The notes beneath the pieces were generated by a model. It did no database searches, had not been told where the DNA came from, and saw only the letters and a list, made by a program, of their open reading frames with translations. Of a DNA stretch of 64,000 nucleotides, positions 9,309 to 19,458 are shown in pieces (position 1 is the first letter of the stretch; every line of letters starts with the position of its first letter). The translations under genes were made by a program, and so were the position numbers. Location of the stretch: NCBI GenBank assembly GCA_965204535.1, contig OZ241996.1, positions 1,504,001 to 1,568,000 of the forward strand, given 5' to 3'. Source of the DNA: a bacterium. Lineage in GTDB: Bacteria > UBA8248.

Positions 9309-9653
9309 TTAGCGGCTCTCGGGAGGAACCAACGGCTCCAATTGGGCGATCAGCACGGGCAAATCCTCCTGCACGATACGCCACACGATGCCGAGATTGA
9401 CGTCGAAATAGGCGTGAACGATGCGGTTGCGAGTTCCCACGATCTCATGCCAGGGGATTGCGGGATGTGCCTCCTTTGTTTCGATGTCCAGGCGGGCGGC
9501 CGCTTCTCCAATGACCTCCAGCGCTTTGAAAACTGCATGTTGATGCAAATCGCTCTCTTCAAATTGCAGATAAGTGATATCGGCAGCGAACGCCACTGCT
9601 TTTCGCGCCGCTTCCAGCATGTCCAGCAGAAATGACGCTTCGTCACGCCGCAT
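9309..9653 (-). CDS. HepT-like HEPN RNase toxin (DUF86)
   Basis: ALEVIGEAA, HPAIPWHEIVGTRNRIVHAYFDV (RX4HXY motif); overlaps the MNT gene stop. Confidence 0.9.
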   Translation of the reverse strand: MRRDEASFLLDMLEAARKAVAFAADITYLQFEESDLHQHAVFKALEVIGEAAARLDIETKEAHPAIPWHEIVGTRNRIVHAYFDVNLGIVWRIVQEDLPVLIAQLEPLVPPESR

Positions 9654-9951
9654 AGACGACCTGCGCGGATTCGAGCACCGCCTTGCGCCGAATATAGTTC
9701 GGGCTTCGCTCCACGGCTTCCCGAGTCACCAGGTCCACCTTGCGGCCGAACAACTCTTCCAGTTCGTCGGCCATGGTGACGAAAGCGAGACCCGGTGTGC
9801 GGCCCGGCGCGAACTCGACCATGACGTCGACGTCGCTCTTCTCGGTGAAATCGTCTCGAAGCACCGAGCCGAACAGCGCGAACTCCGAAACGCCCCAGCG
9901 TTCGCAAAACGCCGCGATTTCTTCCTGCGGAACCGAAACGTTCGCGTTCAT
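9643..9951 (-). CDS. MntA-like minimal nucleotidyltransferase antitoxin
   Basis: LFGSVLRDDFTEKSDVDVMVEF (GSX10DXD), LEELFGRKVDLVT. Confidence 0.9.
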   Translation of the reverse strand: MNANVSVPQEEIAAFCERWGVSEFALFGSVLRDDFTEKSDVDVMVEFAPGRTPGLAFVTMADELEELFGRKVDLVTREAVERSPNYIRRKAVLESAQVVYAA

Positions 9952-10052
9952 GCTTCTATTCCCCATTCACGGCTCGCGCGGCTTTTCGGACATCCAGTTC
10001 GGCGGCTGCTCTTCACGCGCCGAGCGTCCGAGACGCTCCGAAATTTCCTGCC

Positions 10053-11243
10053 CTACCCCCCGTACGCCTCGACGATGACGGACAGCCCCATGCCGCCGCC
10101 GATGCACGCACCCGCGAGGCCGTACTTGCCGCCCCGGCGCCTGAGCTCGTGCAGTATCGTGAGGGTGAGCCTTGCGCCGCTCGCGCCCACGGGATGGCCG
10201 ATGGCGATGGCGCCGCCGTTCACGTTCGTCTTCTCGCGGTCGAGGCCGAGTTCCTTTTCCACCGCGAGGTACTGGGCGGAGAACGCCTCGTTGATCTCGA
10301 TCAGGTCCATGTCGTCGAGCTGGAGGCCCGCCTTTTTGAGGGCGATGCGGCTGCTCTCCGCAGGCCCGATGCCCATGATCTTGGGGTCGCACCCCGAAAC
10401 GCCCCAGGAGACGAGCCGACCGACGGGTTTCCGGCCCAGGCGTTCGGCCGCCGCGCGCGATGATATGACCAGCGCCGCCGCCCCGTCGTTGATGCCGCTC
10501 GCGTTGCCCGCCGTCACCACGCCCTCTTCCTTGAACACGGGCCGGAGCCTGGCGAGCGATTCCTCGTTCGAATCCGCCCGGGGGTGCTCGTCGCGGTCGA
10601 AGGTAATCGTCTTTCTGCGCTCTTTCACCTCGACGGCGAAACATTCCTCCGCCAGCCGTCCGCTCTCCCACGCGTCGTGCGCGCGCGCCTGCGAGAGCGC
10701 CGCGAACTCATCCACCCCCTCCCGGTGCAGGTCGTATTGATCCGCCAGATTCTCCGCCGTGATGCCCATCGGCACGTTGGCCATCGTATCGGTGAGCGCC
10801 GTGTAGAGGCCGTCCTCCATCGGGGCCTGAAAGAGCTTCATGCCGGTTCTCGAGTTTCTGATGACGTGCGGCGTCAGGCTCATGTTCTCCGCCCCGACGG
10901 CGAGCACGACGTCGGCGTCTTCGGTCATGATCTCCTTCGCACCGCTCACCACCGCCTGAAAACCCGAGGCGCACATGCGGTTCACGCAGTAGCCGGGCCG
11001 CTCCAGCGGAACGCCCGCCGCCAGTGCGACGTGCCTGCCGATGTAGACGCCGTCCGAGTTCGACTGGATGACGTTGCCCACCACGGTGTGGTCGATATCT
11101 TCCGGCGCGACGCCTGAGCGCGTCATCGCCTCTTTCGCCGCCAGCGCGCCCAGTTCCGTGGCCGACATCTCCTTCAAGGTGCCCAGAAAACCGCCGAACG
11201 GCGTCCGCGCACCGCCCAGAAAAACGACGTCTTTATCCGACAT
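10053..11243 (-). CDS. Acetyl-CoA C-acyltransferase (thiolase)
   Basis: NRMCASG, TAGNASGINDGAAA, EINEAF, NVNGGAIAIGHPVGASG, ACIGGGMG; GGAGG RBS. Confidence 0.95.
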   Translation of the reverse strand: MSDKDVVFLGGARTPFGGFLGTLKEMSATELGALAAKEAMTRSGVAPEDIDHTVVGNVIQSNSDGVYIGRHVALAAGVPLERPGYCVNRMCASGFQAVVSGAKEIMTEDADVVLAVGAENMSLTPHVIRNSRTGMKLFQAPMEDGLYTALTDTMANVPMGITAENLADQYDLHREGVDEFAALSQARAHDAWESGRLAEECFAVEVKERRKTITFDRDEHPRADSNEESLARLRPVFKEEGVVTAGNASGINDGAAALVISSRAAAERLGRKPVGRLVSWGVSGCDPKIMGIGPAESSRIALKKAGLQLDDMDLIEINEAFSAQYLAVEKELGLDREKTNVNGGAIAIGHPVGASGARLTLTILHELRRRGGKYGLAGACIGGGMGLSVIVEAYGG

Positions 11244-11543
11244 TCCCCGATTCCTCCTGCTTCAGTGTAAGGAAAGAAAATTTCCGTTTTTGCCCTGCTT
11301 TATTGAGCCTCACCATAACGCCAAGGCGAAGCGATGCGCAAGGGGAGTTGATGCGGGAGGTGATGGAGGGATTGTCTCCGCTAGACCAGTTGCTCTTCCG
11401 GCACCCGGAAAACGCCCTTGATGCTGGAGGTGTCGCAGACGCATATCTGGATGTGTGTTTTCGCGCGGAAACCGGCTCCTTTATGGGGCGTTGAATAAGT
11501 CCCGATAAGGAGGGCTTGACCCGACCGCTAAAAGAGAAAGGTA

Positions 11544-12090
11544 CACTCCCCCTAGAGGGGGTTGTTGAAGAAGTCTCGCAGGACCCTGCAAATAGAAGGT
11601 TTGTAGGGACAGGCCCCTGTGCCTGTCCAAGGCCCCCATGCTTCTCCCTGCGAAGCACAGCCACGCAGATGGACATATCCGATACGGGCGGCCACGGGGG
11701 GCCGCCCCTACGGGTGAATGCGGTTTTGTTCGTCATTCCGGAGAAAGCCGGAATGACAAAGGATAACCATGCACGTCCGTAGGGACAGGTCGCGACCTGT
11801 CCCTACAAAACCTGCAATCCTCGTTCATCGGGACTTTTTCAATAGCCCCTTGAGGGGGAGTCGAAGAGGCCGAGCCTTGGCGAAGGCCGATTCGGTGGGG
11901 GGACATGCCACAGGAAAAAGCTCCCCCCACCAGTTCGCTTGCGGGCTGGCGCCCTTAGCTCACTGTCGAGCTTTCCCCTCGGGAAGCTCGACCCTCAAGG
12001 GGGGAGTTGATTTGAAATTCTCGACGTTGGAGAGCGATTTTCGTAGGGGTCGAATACCGGTTTTTTCAACACCCCCCGCAAGGGAGGAAT
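11544..12090. mobile_element. Composite MITE-like / REP-mosaic element 1
   Basis: Inverted repeats GGGGTTGTTGAAGAAGTC (11558-11575) and GACTTTTTCAATAGCCCC (11832-11849) enclose GTAG-type hairpins (11603-11628, 11686-11711, perfect 28-bp palindrome 11779-11806) and GTCATTCCGG..CCGGAATGAC (11732-11757). This unit interrupts a CTCCCCC..GAGGGGGAG palindromic element ending near 12007. A further right end TTTTTTCAACACCCCC lies at 12061-12076. Confidence 0.7.
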
Positions 12091-12187
12091 GGTTCTATTC
12101 TCATTCGTCGGTTGGTAATGCTGCTCAAAGACCAATTCCGCACCCGTGATATCCGAGCACGAAAGACGTCGCAAGACGGTGCAATTT

Positions 12188-12391
12188 CTACCTGTATCGT
12201 TTGGCGATGCGTCCGGTTGGCGTGTAGATCCCCAGCTTTTGCAAGGCTTTTTGTGCGGTTTCCTTCGTTTTCGTGACTTTCTTGAGGTATTTCTCACACG
12301 CTTTCTCGAATCTATCCGCGTCGGCGTGGTTCAATACCCCTGGGCGGACTACAATCACTTTTTGTTCCGTCTTTTTCTTTTTCTTTCCCAT
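12188..12391 (-). CDS. Small basic hypothetical protein (67 aa)
   Basis: MGKKKKKTEQ...KETAQKALQKLGIYTPTGRIAKRYR in an AT-rich segment; no family recognised. Confidence 0.5.
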   Translation of the reverse strand: MGKKKKKTEQKVIVVRPGVLNHADADRFEKACEKYLKKVTKTKETAQKALQKLGIYTPTGRIAKRYR

Positions 12392-12551
12392 TCCATCACC
12401 ATTTCTTTCTTTGAGATGAATACGCCAAGGCGGAAAGCAAGCGTCCAGCATCCATTCGTGAGTCTCGATAATTTTATTAAACCATTCATTCAAATATAGA
12501 AGATATACTCCTTTCCGCGACTTGTCAAATTCTCGACTTTTCTGAAGTCTC

Positions 12552-13589
12552 CTACATCCACGAGAGCGGCATCGCGGTGTCTCCCCGGAGTCTTCTGGCG
12601 GCGTCTTTGGCGAAATAAGTGAGGATGATGTCCGCCCCCGCGCGGCGGATGGAGGTGAGGGTTTCCATGAACGCGCGCTCGGGGTCGAGCCAACCGTTCC
12701 GGCACGCCGCGACCAGCATGGCGAATTCGCCCGAGACGTTGTAGGCCGCGACGGGCAGGTCCGTAATCTCGCGCGCCCTGGTGATTACGTCGAGATAGAC
12801 GAGCGCCGGCTTCACCATCACGATGTCCGCCCCCTCCTCGATGTCGATCCTTATCTCGCGCATCGCCTCGCGCGCGTTGGCCGGGTCCATCTGGTAGGAA
12901 CTCCTGTCGCCGAAGGCGGGCGCGCTCTCCGCCGCTTCGCGGAAGGGCCCGTAGAAGGCGCTCGCGAATTTCGACGAGTAGGCCATGATGGGTGTCTGGG
13001 CGAAGCCGCTCGCATCCAGGGTCGCGCGGATCGAGCCGACGCGCCCATCCATCATGTCCGACGGGGCAATGATGTCCGCTCCCGCCTCCGCGTGGCTCAC
13101 CGCCGTCCTGTCGAGGAGTTCGAGCGTGGGGTCGTTCAGCACCTTCTCGCCCTCGATGATGCCGCAATGGCCGTGGTCCATGTATTCACACAGACACACG
13201 TCCGTGACGACGCACAGGTCGGGATAGGCTTCCTTCAAGGCGCGCACGGCGTTCTGCACGACGCCCTCTTCCGCGTAGGCTTCGCTGGCCACGTCGTCTT
13301 TGTGATCCGGAATGCCGAACAGGATGACGCCGGGAATGTCCAAAGCGGCGATTTCCTCACAATCAGCCACCAGACGGTCGATGGAAAGCTGGTATTGACC
13401 GGGCATCGAGGAAATTTCCTCTTTGATATTCTCGCCCTCGACCACGAACATCGGGTAGATAAGGTTGTCTACGGATAGATTCGTCTCGCGCACCATGCGC
13501 CGCATGGCGGCCGTCTCCCGCGTGCGCCTCGTGCGGTTTTTTACGTCGCTCCCGGTTGCCGAGAGGGTGAAGGTATCGTTGCTCGTCAT
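12552..13589 (-). CDS. hemB: Porphobilinogen synthase
   Basis: [48 protein letters not shown]. Confidence 0.96.
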   Translation of the reverse strand: MTSNDTFTLSATGSDVKNRTRRTRETAAMRRMVRETNLSVDNLIYPMFVVEGENIKEEISSMPGQYQLSIDRLVADCEEIAALDIPGVILFGIPDHKDDVASEAYAEEGVVQNAVRALKEAYPDLCVVTDVCLCEYMDHGHCGIIEGEKVLNDPTLELLDRTAVSHAEAGADIIAPSDMMDGRVGSIRATLDASGFAQTPIMAYSSKFASAFYGPFREAAESAPAFGDRSSYQMDPANAREAMREIRIDIEEGADIVMVKPALVYLDVITRAREITDLPVAAYNVSGEFAMLVAACRNGWLDPERAFMETLTSIRRAGADIILTYFAKDAARRLRGDTAMPLSWM

Positions 13590-13606
13590 CGGGTTCTACT
13601 CCCTAT

Positions 13607-14446
13607 TTATGAGGCGTGTTCGCCTCGCTCCGGTATTCCGTAATAAGAGACGATGGCCCGCGCCATGCCGGGAATCGTCGACTCGGCGGCCTCGATATCC
13701 GGCGCGACGCCCCACCCGCGCGCCGTGGCGGTGGTCACAGGCCCGATGGATGCCACGCGCACGCGCTGTATCCATCGCCTCGCGTTTTCTTCTCCCGCCG
13801 CTCGCATGAAGCCATCGAACGCGGAGGAACTCGTGAAGGTAAGCATATCAATTTTTCCGGCTTCAAGCTCTCCCCATACCTCGCCAAGCGCCTCGCGCCC
13901 CAAAGGCGTCGTCCGGTAAACGGCCACGTCATCCACGACGGCCCCCATTTTCAGAAGCGCCTTGGGGATGGCGTCTCTCCCTTCTTTCGCGCGGGCCAGC
14001 AAAACGCGCTCACCAGTCATGTCCTCGTCCTTGAAGAGATCGACGACGCCCTCGGCCACATATTTTCCGGCCACTTTTTGGGGCGTCCTTCCCAGATATT
14101 TCTCCACCGCAGCGGCCGTGGCGGGTCCCAGAGCTAGAATCGAGGTTTCTCCGGAAATCACCTCGGGAACGACTCCCATATCTCCCATCCTTTTCGCCAG
14201 ATATTTCGGCCCGTTCGCGCTCGTGAAGATTATCCACTGATACGCATCCAGTGCGCGGACCGCCACATCGACGGGCGCCCAATCTTGAGGATCCGCTATC
14301 CGTATCATGGGGGCAACGCGCACGCAGGCACCCAGGTCCGCGAGCATCCCGCCCATGCGCGAGGCCCCCTCTTCGGGGCGCGTGACGAGGATTGTCTTGC
14401 CCGCGAGGGGGAGCACGTTAGAACCCAAGTTGTCGACCTCACTCAT
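13607..14446 (-). CDS. hemD: Uroporphyrinogen-III synthase
   Basis: ILVTRP, WIIFTSANG, VYRT, FTSSSA, SIGPVT; operon position. Confidence 0.92.
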   Translation of the reverse strand: MSEVDNLGSNVLPLAGKTILVTRPEEGASRMGGMLADLGACVRVAPMIRIADPQDWAPVDVAVRALDAYQWIIFTSANGPKYLAKRMGDMGVVPEVISGETSILALGPATAAAVEKYLGRTPQKVAGKYVAEGVVDLFKDEDMTGERVLLARAKEGRDAIPKALLKMGAVVDDVAVYRTTPLGREALGEVWGELEAGKIDMLTFTSSSAFDGFMRAAGEENARRWIQRVRVASIGPVTTATARGWGVAPDIEAAESTIPGMARAIVSYYGIPERGEHAS

Positions 14447-15363
14447 CGCGCATCCCTCAGTATCTCCGCCCCGCCGCTTGCGAGAACGTCCTCGGCCAAA
14501 TCTTCGGCCATACGCGCCGCATCATCGGGTGCGCCCGTTCGTTCCTTCTCCACCATCCGCTCCCCGTCGACGCTAGCGAGGCGGGCTTTGATCTGGAAAC
14601 CGGCTTTTCGCCTCTCGGCGAAAACGGCGAGGGGCAACTGGCACCCACCTTCGAGGCGCGCCATTACGACGCGTTCGGCCATCACGGCCCGTTTCGTCTC
14701 CGGGTGCTCCAGCCCTTCCATGAGGGAACGTGTGGACTCATCATCCACTCTCGTCTCGATGGCGAGCGCACCCTGCCCTGCGGCGGGCAGCATGAGTTCG
14801 GGCGCGAGCGATTCCGTCGCCCTATCCCCCAGCCCCAGACGCTTGAGGCCCGCCAGGGCGAGAACCGCGGCTTCGGCTTCTCCCGCCGCCACTTTTTCGA
14901 GGCGCGTATCCACGTTGCCGCGCAGTTCCACGATTTCCAGATCGCTGCGGTAGCGCCTTATCTGCGCGATTCGCCGCAAGCTGCTCGTACCGATTCTGCT
15001 GCCGGGCGCGAGACCGCGAATCGACTCCCCGTTTCGTGATGCCAGGGCGTCCCAGGGTTCTTCCCTTTCGGGTATCGCGGCGAGGATGAGGCCTTCCGGC
15101 ATTTCGCTCGGCAGGTCTTTCAAGCTATGGACGGCGGCGTCGATTTCCCCTCCCAGCAAGGCATCCTCAATCTCTTTCACGAAAAGGCCCTTGCCGCCCA
15201 ACTCATGAATCGGGGAACCCAGCATGGCGTCACCCCGCGTGCGGACGATGACTTCCTCGACCGCGAGACCCGGATTCAATTCCTTCAACCGCTCGGCCAC
15301 CCCCGCCGTCTGCGCGCGCGCCAGCGCACTGCCCCGCGTGCCTAAGCGCAGCGTGTCGCTCAT
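14443..15363 (-). CDS. hemC: Hydroxymethylbilane synthase
   Basis: GTRGSALA, GKGLFVKEIE, AVHSLKD, GTSSLRR, LRGNVDTR, LEGGCQLP. Confidence 0.96.
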   Translation of the reverse strand: MSDTLRLGTRGSALARAQTAGVAERLKELNPGLAVEEVIVRTRGDAMLGSPIHELGGKGLFVKEIEDALLGGEIDAAVHSLKDLPSEMPEGLILAAIPEREEPWDALASRNGESIRGLAPGSRIGTSSLRRIAQIRRYRSDLEIVELRGNVDTRLEKVAAGEAEAAVLALAGLKRLGLGDRATESLAPELMLPAAGQGALAIETRVDDESTRSLMEGLEHPETKRAVMAERVVMARLEGGCQLPLAVFAERRKAGFQIKARLASVDGERMVEKERTGAPDDAARMAEDLAEDVLASGGAEILRDAR

Positions 15364-15366
15364 TTT

Positions 15367-16677
15367 TCAGTCCGCATCTTCCGTCGATGCTTCGGGGAGA
15401 CCTTCATCGCTCTCTGGCTCCACGCCGAAGAGTTTCTGGACGGATTCGACCGAAATGCCCTCCACGTCTTCTTCCGACATCCGGCGCAGGACGGCGAAGG
15501 GGTGGTGGAGGAGTTTGTTGACGAGCGCCTTCGTCATGGCGTCGAGCGCATCGCGGCCCTCTTCGCCCAGTTCAGGCAATCTTTGAAAAGTTTTTTGGAC
15601 TTCCTCCTGCCGCATCGACTCCGCGAAAAAGCGTATGGCCGCGAAGGTGTGCCTGAGTTCCTCCGCCTGCTGCCGGGCGAGATAGGTCTGCACCTCGCTT
15701 TCGAGAATTTCACGCGCGTCGCGGGCGATTTCCTCGCGGCCCCGCAGGTTGTCCGCCGCGACGGACTGCAGATCGTCCACGTCGTAGAGATAGGCGTCTT
15801 CCAGGTCGTTCACTTCGGGCGCGACGTTCCTGGGCACGGCGATGTCGATGAGAAAAACGGGCGCGTCGCGGCGTTGCTCGAGTGCAGAGGCGACTATCGG
15901 CTTGTCCAGTATGAAACCCTGTGAGGCCGTCGATGCGATGACGATATCGGCGTCGATGAGCGCTCCTTCCAGATTGTCGAAACTCACCGTGCTTCCTTTC
16001 AGTTTTGCGGCCAGTTCCTGGGCGCGCGCGAGCGTCCTGTTCCCCACGTGGAGATTGTCGGCCCCGCTCGCCTTGAGATGCCGCGCCGCCGCCTCGCCCA
16101 TCTCCCCCGCTCCCAAGAGGAGCACGTTCTTGCCCGCCAGGGAGCCGAAAATTCTTTTCGCCAGGTCCACGGCGACCGAACTCACCGACACGGGCGACTC
16201 GCCGATGGGGGTTTGTTCGCGAATCTTCTTCGCCACGCGAAACGCGCGGGAGAAGAGGTTGGTGAGCGCCTTTCCGGCGTGGCCCGAGGCCTGGGCGACC
16301 CGGTAGGCCTCTTTCACCTGCCCCAGAATCTGCGGCTCGCCCACCACCATGGAATCGAGGCTCGACGCCACGGTGAACAGGTGCCGGGTGGCTTCAGCCT
16401 CGCGGTGAACGTAGAGGTGCGCGTTCAGTTCATCGGCGCCGATGTCGCGCGATTCCAGGAAAAAGCGGTGAATCGCGTCGAGCCCCTGCTCGAAATCCTC
16501 GGCCGCGCTGTAGACTTCCACCCGGTTGCAGGTCGAGAGGATGATGCGTTCATCCAGCCCGCTGTAGCCCGCCAGCCGGTCGAGCCACTCGTCCATGTGG
16601 GTTTCGGGGAAATAGAGGCGCTCGCGAATGCTGAGCGGCGTGTTGTGGTGGCTCACGCCGGCGAGAATGATGGACAT
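15367..16677 (-). CDS. hemA: Glutamyl-tRNA reductase
   Basis: LSTCNRVEVY, SLDSMVVGEPQILGQVK, GAGEMG, DIAVPRNV. Confidence 0.96.
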   Translation of the reverse strand: MSIILAGVSHHNTPLSIRERLYFPETHMDEWLDRLAGYSGLDERIILSTCNRVEVYSAAEDFEQGLDAIHRFFLESRDIGADELNAHLYVHREAEATRHLFTVASSLDSMVVGEPQILGQVKEAYRVAQASGHAGKALTNLFSRAFRVAKKIREQTPIGESPVSVSSVAVDLAKRIFGSLAGKNVLLLGAGEMGEAAARHLKASGADNLHVGNRTLARAQELAAKLKGSTVSFDNLEGALIDADIVIASTASQGFILDKPIVASALEQRRDAPVFLIDIAVPRNVAPEVNDLEDAYLYDVDDLQSVAADNLRGREEIARDAREILESEVQTYLARQQAEELRHTFAAIRFFAESMRQEEVQKTFQRLPELGEEGRDALDAMTKALVNKLLHHPFAVLRRMSEEDVEGISVESVQKLFGVEPESDEGLPEASTEDAD

Positions 16678-16689
16678 TTTCCCGCTCCC

Positions 16690-17457
16690 CTAGAAGTGGG
16701 CCACCAGCGCGAAAAGCGCAGCGAAGAAGGCCACCATCGAGAAAACGGCGGAGCGCTTTCCCTTCCAGCTTCTGGTGAGCCGGCAGACGAGCAGGAGGCC
16801 GTACGCCCCCCAGATGAGTATCAGCGGCCATGTGCGCACCGGGTCGAGGCTCCAGTAGGCCCCGTGGCGCGATTTCGCCCACATCGAGCCGAGCAGCAGG
16901 CTCGCCGTCAGAAACGCGAAGCCGAAATAGAGAATCTTGTGGTTCAAATCGTCCAGAATATCGAGCGAGGGCAGCCGGTGCAGCCAGGCGCTGGGACGTC
17001 TTGATTTCAGTTGCTGGGACTGCACGAGATACATGAGCGCCGATGCGAAGAGCAGAAAAAACGCGGCCCAGCTCAACAGCGCGAGCACGGCGTGGCCTTT
17101 CAAGAGATAGCCCTGCACGGCGACCGAACCCGCGCCCCACACGCCCGGAAATGCGGCGGCGTAGCCTTCGAGAATGAAAGCCGCGGGCACGGCGAAACCG
17201 CCCAGGGCGATGTCGCGGTAGCGCGCGTAGACGACCAGGTACATCAGGATGATCACCCACGCCATGCCGCTCAGCCATGCCCCCCAGCCCTCCGGCGTGC
17301 CGGAGGCGAAGCTCACTCCCAGCATGAGAGTGTGAAGGGCGAACCCGATGAGCAGCGCACCGACCCCGTAGACGACCCCCGCAGACCTGCCCGTACAGAG
17401 CAGATACAGATGCGTGAGCGCAGAGGCGAGATAGCAGACGATCAGTATGGCGACCAA
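16690..17457 (-). CDS. ccsA: Cytochrome c assembly protein CcsA/HemX-like membrane protein
   Basis: Multi-TM protein; LPSLDILD, GSMWA...YWSLDP (WWD-like); first gene of the hem operon. Confidence 0.8.
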   Translation of the reverse strand: MVAILIVCYLASALTHLYLLCTGRSAGVVYGVGALLIGFALHTLMLGVSFASGTPEGWGAWLSGMAWVIILMYLVVYARYRDIALGGFAVPAAFILEGYAAAFPGVWGAGSVAVQGYLLKGHAVLALLSWAAFFLLFASALMYLVQSQQLKSRRPSAWLHRLPSLDILDDLNHKILYFGFAFLTASLLLGSMWAKSRHGAYWSLDPVRTWPLILIWGAYGLLLVCRLTRSWKGKRSAVFSMVAFFAALFALVAHF

Positions 17458-17708
17458 GGGATTTTCCCTCTCAGAGCGAGGCCATGACTCGCGATTGTAA
17501 AAGCAGCCCTTTTCAACTCCCTACACACCAAAGGGCGAACACGGTCATTTAGACCACCATTTCGGACATTTTGCAATAATCCGGGACGCCACCCGGTCGT
17601 GCGATGCGGATTCTGCTCCTTTCATGTTGGCTTGAGACGCCATTCCCACTATACTCCACGCATCGAGCCCGTCCGCCCGCAACTTCATCCCGGGAGGGGC
17701 AGCAGACC

Positions 17709-18644
17709 GTGATACCGCTCCCCAGGATCGACCCGCCCCTGATCAACGCCAGCGGCATCCTGAGCTACCCGGAAGTGTTCACCGCTTTCGAGAGCGCGGG
17801 CGCTTGCCTGGGCGGCTACGTCACGAAATCTGTCGGCCCCCGCGAGAAACCCGGCAACGACAATCCCGTGGTCGTATGCCCTCCCGACGGCGCGGTGCTC
17901 AACTCCCTCGCCCTGCCGACGCAAAGCGCCGAAGACTGGGAGCGCGACCTGGAGGAAATAAAGCTCAAAAACGCGAAGCTCATCGTCTCCGTCTACGGGG
18001 GAGACTCGCGGGAGTTCGCCGAGGTCACGGGCCGGATGTCGCGGTTCTCAGACGCCATCGAGGTGAACCTGGGCTGTCCCAACAAGGAGCCGGGCGAGCA
18101 GACCATCATGGAGAGCATCGGCCAGAACCCCGCCCTCTCCGCCGAGGTGATCGAGCGCGTGCGCGGTGAGACGGACAAGCCCGTCATCGCCAAGCTCTCG
18201 CCCAACAGCGATTATCTCGCCGTGGCGGATTCCTGCATGAACGCGGGCGCGGACGCCCTGGGATGCGGCAACACCCTGGGGCCGGGCCTGGCCGTGGACA
18301 TCCAGAGCCGGGCGGCGATTCTCGCGGGCACGACGGGCGGCATCAGCGGTCCGGCGCTCAAACCCGTCAACCTGCGCATGACGTATGAGGCATACGCGCG
18401 CTTTCGCTGCCCCATCGTCGCATACGGGGGCATCGAAACCTGGGAGGATGCCGTGGAATACATTCTCGCGGGGGCGAGCATCCTGGGAATCGGCACCGCC
18501 TTCATGCGAAAGAGCACACACGAGGCTGCCGCCCTCACCCGGGATATCTGGGAGGGGATTCAGGAATATCTGGACGGCGAGCCCATGTCCGCCCTCATCG
18601 GCGCGGCGCACCGTGCGGCGGAGGGAGGCAATTCCGGTGCGTAG
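17709..18644 (+). CDS. pyrD: Dihydroorotate dehydrogenase, class 1B catalytic subunit
   Basis: INASG, VTKS, GNDNP, EVNLGCPN, KLSPN, GGISGPALKP. GTG start at 17709 after GGGAGG. Confidence 0.9.
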   Translation: MIPLPRIDPPLINASGILSYPEVFTAFESAGACLGGYVTKSVGPREKPGNDNPVVVCPPDGAVLNSLALPTQSAEDWERDLEEIKLKNAKLIVSVYGGDSREFAEVTGRMSRFSDAIEVNLGCPNKEPGEQTIMESIGQNPALSAEVIERVRGETDKPVIAKLSPNSDYLAVADSCMNAGADALGCGNTLGPGLAVDIQSRAAILAGTTGGISGPALKPVNLRMTYEAYARFRCPIVAYGGIETWEDAVEYILAGASILGIGTAFMRKSTHEAAALTRDIWEGIQEYLDGEPMSALIGAAHRAAEGGNSGA

Positions 18645-19362
18645 CGTTTACACGGTCGTCGAGAATCGCCGGGAAAGCGAGTGGACGCACACGATTTTCT
18701 TCGACGAGGAAATTGAATCACAGCCCGGGCAGTTCATGATGGTCTGGCTGCCGCGTATGGGAGAAAAGCCCTTCACCCTCTCCTACCCCAATGCCGTCAC
18801 CGTGAAAAAAGCGGGCGCGTTTACCGAACAACTGGCCGCGGTGGAGCCTGGAGACGAAATCGGGCTGCGCGGCCCCCTGGGCCAGGGCTACCCTGTCCTA
18901 AAGAGACCCGCTCTCATCGGCGGCGGCGTGGGGATTGCGGAGTTGAGGCTCCTGGCCCTCGCTTCAGAGGAGCCTTCCTTCGTCCTCGGTGGGCGCACGG
19001 CGGATGAGATTCTCTTCTACGAGGAATTCAGGGAACTCGGGCCCGTCCACGTCGCCACCGAAGACGGCGCCTTGGGACACAAGGGGCTGGTGACCGAGCT
19101 GTTGCCCGTCGAGGCGGAGAGCTACGCCGTCTGCGGCCCGGAGCGAATGATGGCCGCGTGCCTGCCGAAACTGCCCGCCGAGCGGACTTATTTCGCGGTT
19201 GAAAGATACATGAAGTGCGCCGTCGGCCTTTGCGGCCAATGCACCTGTTCGGGCTGGCGCGTCTGCACGGACGGCCCCATATTCCCCGCCGCTACCGTCG
19301 CCCAAATGGATGATTTCGGGAAGCGCAGACGCTCGAAGAGCGGGAGGTGGGAAGCCGTTTAG
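18637..19362 (+). CDS. pyrK: Dihydroorotate dehydrogenase electron transfer subunit
   Basis: PGQFMMVW, RGPLGQGY, GGGVG, CGPERM, ERYMKCAVGLCGQC...VCTDGPIF. GTG start at 18637 after GGAGG. Confidence 0.9.
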   Translation: MRSVYTVVENRRESEWTHTIFFDEEIESQPGQFMMVWLPRMGEKPFTLSYPNAVTVKKAGAFTEQLAAVEPGDEIGLRGPLGQGYPVLKRPALIGGGVGIAELRLLALASEEPSFVLGGRTADEILFYEEFRELGPVHVATEDGALGHKGLVTELLPVEAESYAVCGPERMMAACLPKLPAERTYFAVERYMKCAVGLCGQCTCSGWRVCTDGPIFPAATVAQMDDFGKRRRSKSGRWEAV

Positions 19363-19458
19363 GAAATAACATCTTCCCAAGACGATTCGCCTGTGCCTAT
19401 AATCGGGCGGCGAGCAGGAGATTTTTACCTTCACGAGGTTCAGGGCGGAGGAGAGGCC

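Noticed and set aside
11544-12090. Clustered palindromic repeats as a CRISPR array (also 25929-26373 and 35815-36473)
   Set aside because: Units differ in sequence and orientation, spacing is irregular and no cas genes are present; they fit REP/MITE-type repeats.
11233-12499. Several 60-170-aa ORFs across the repeat regions (also 25873-26633 and 36065-36671)
   Set aside because: They are translations of palindromic repeats with no protein motifs or RBS.
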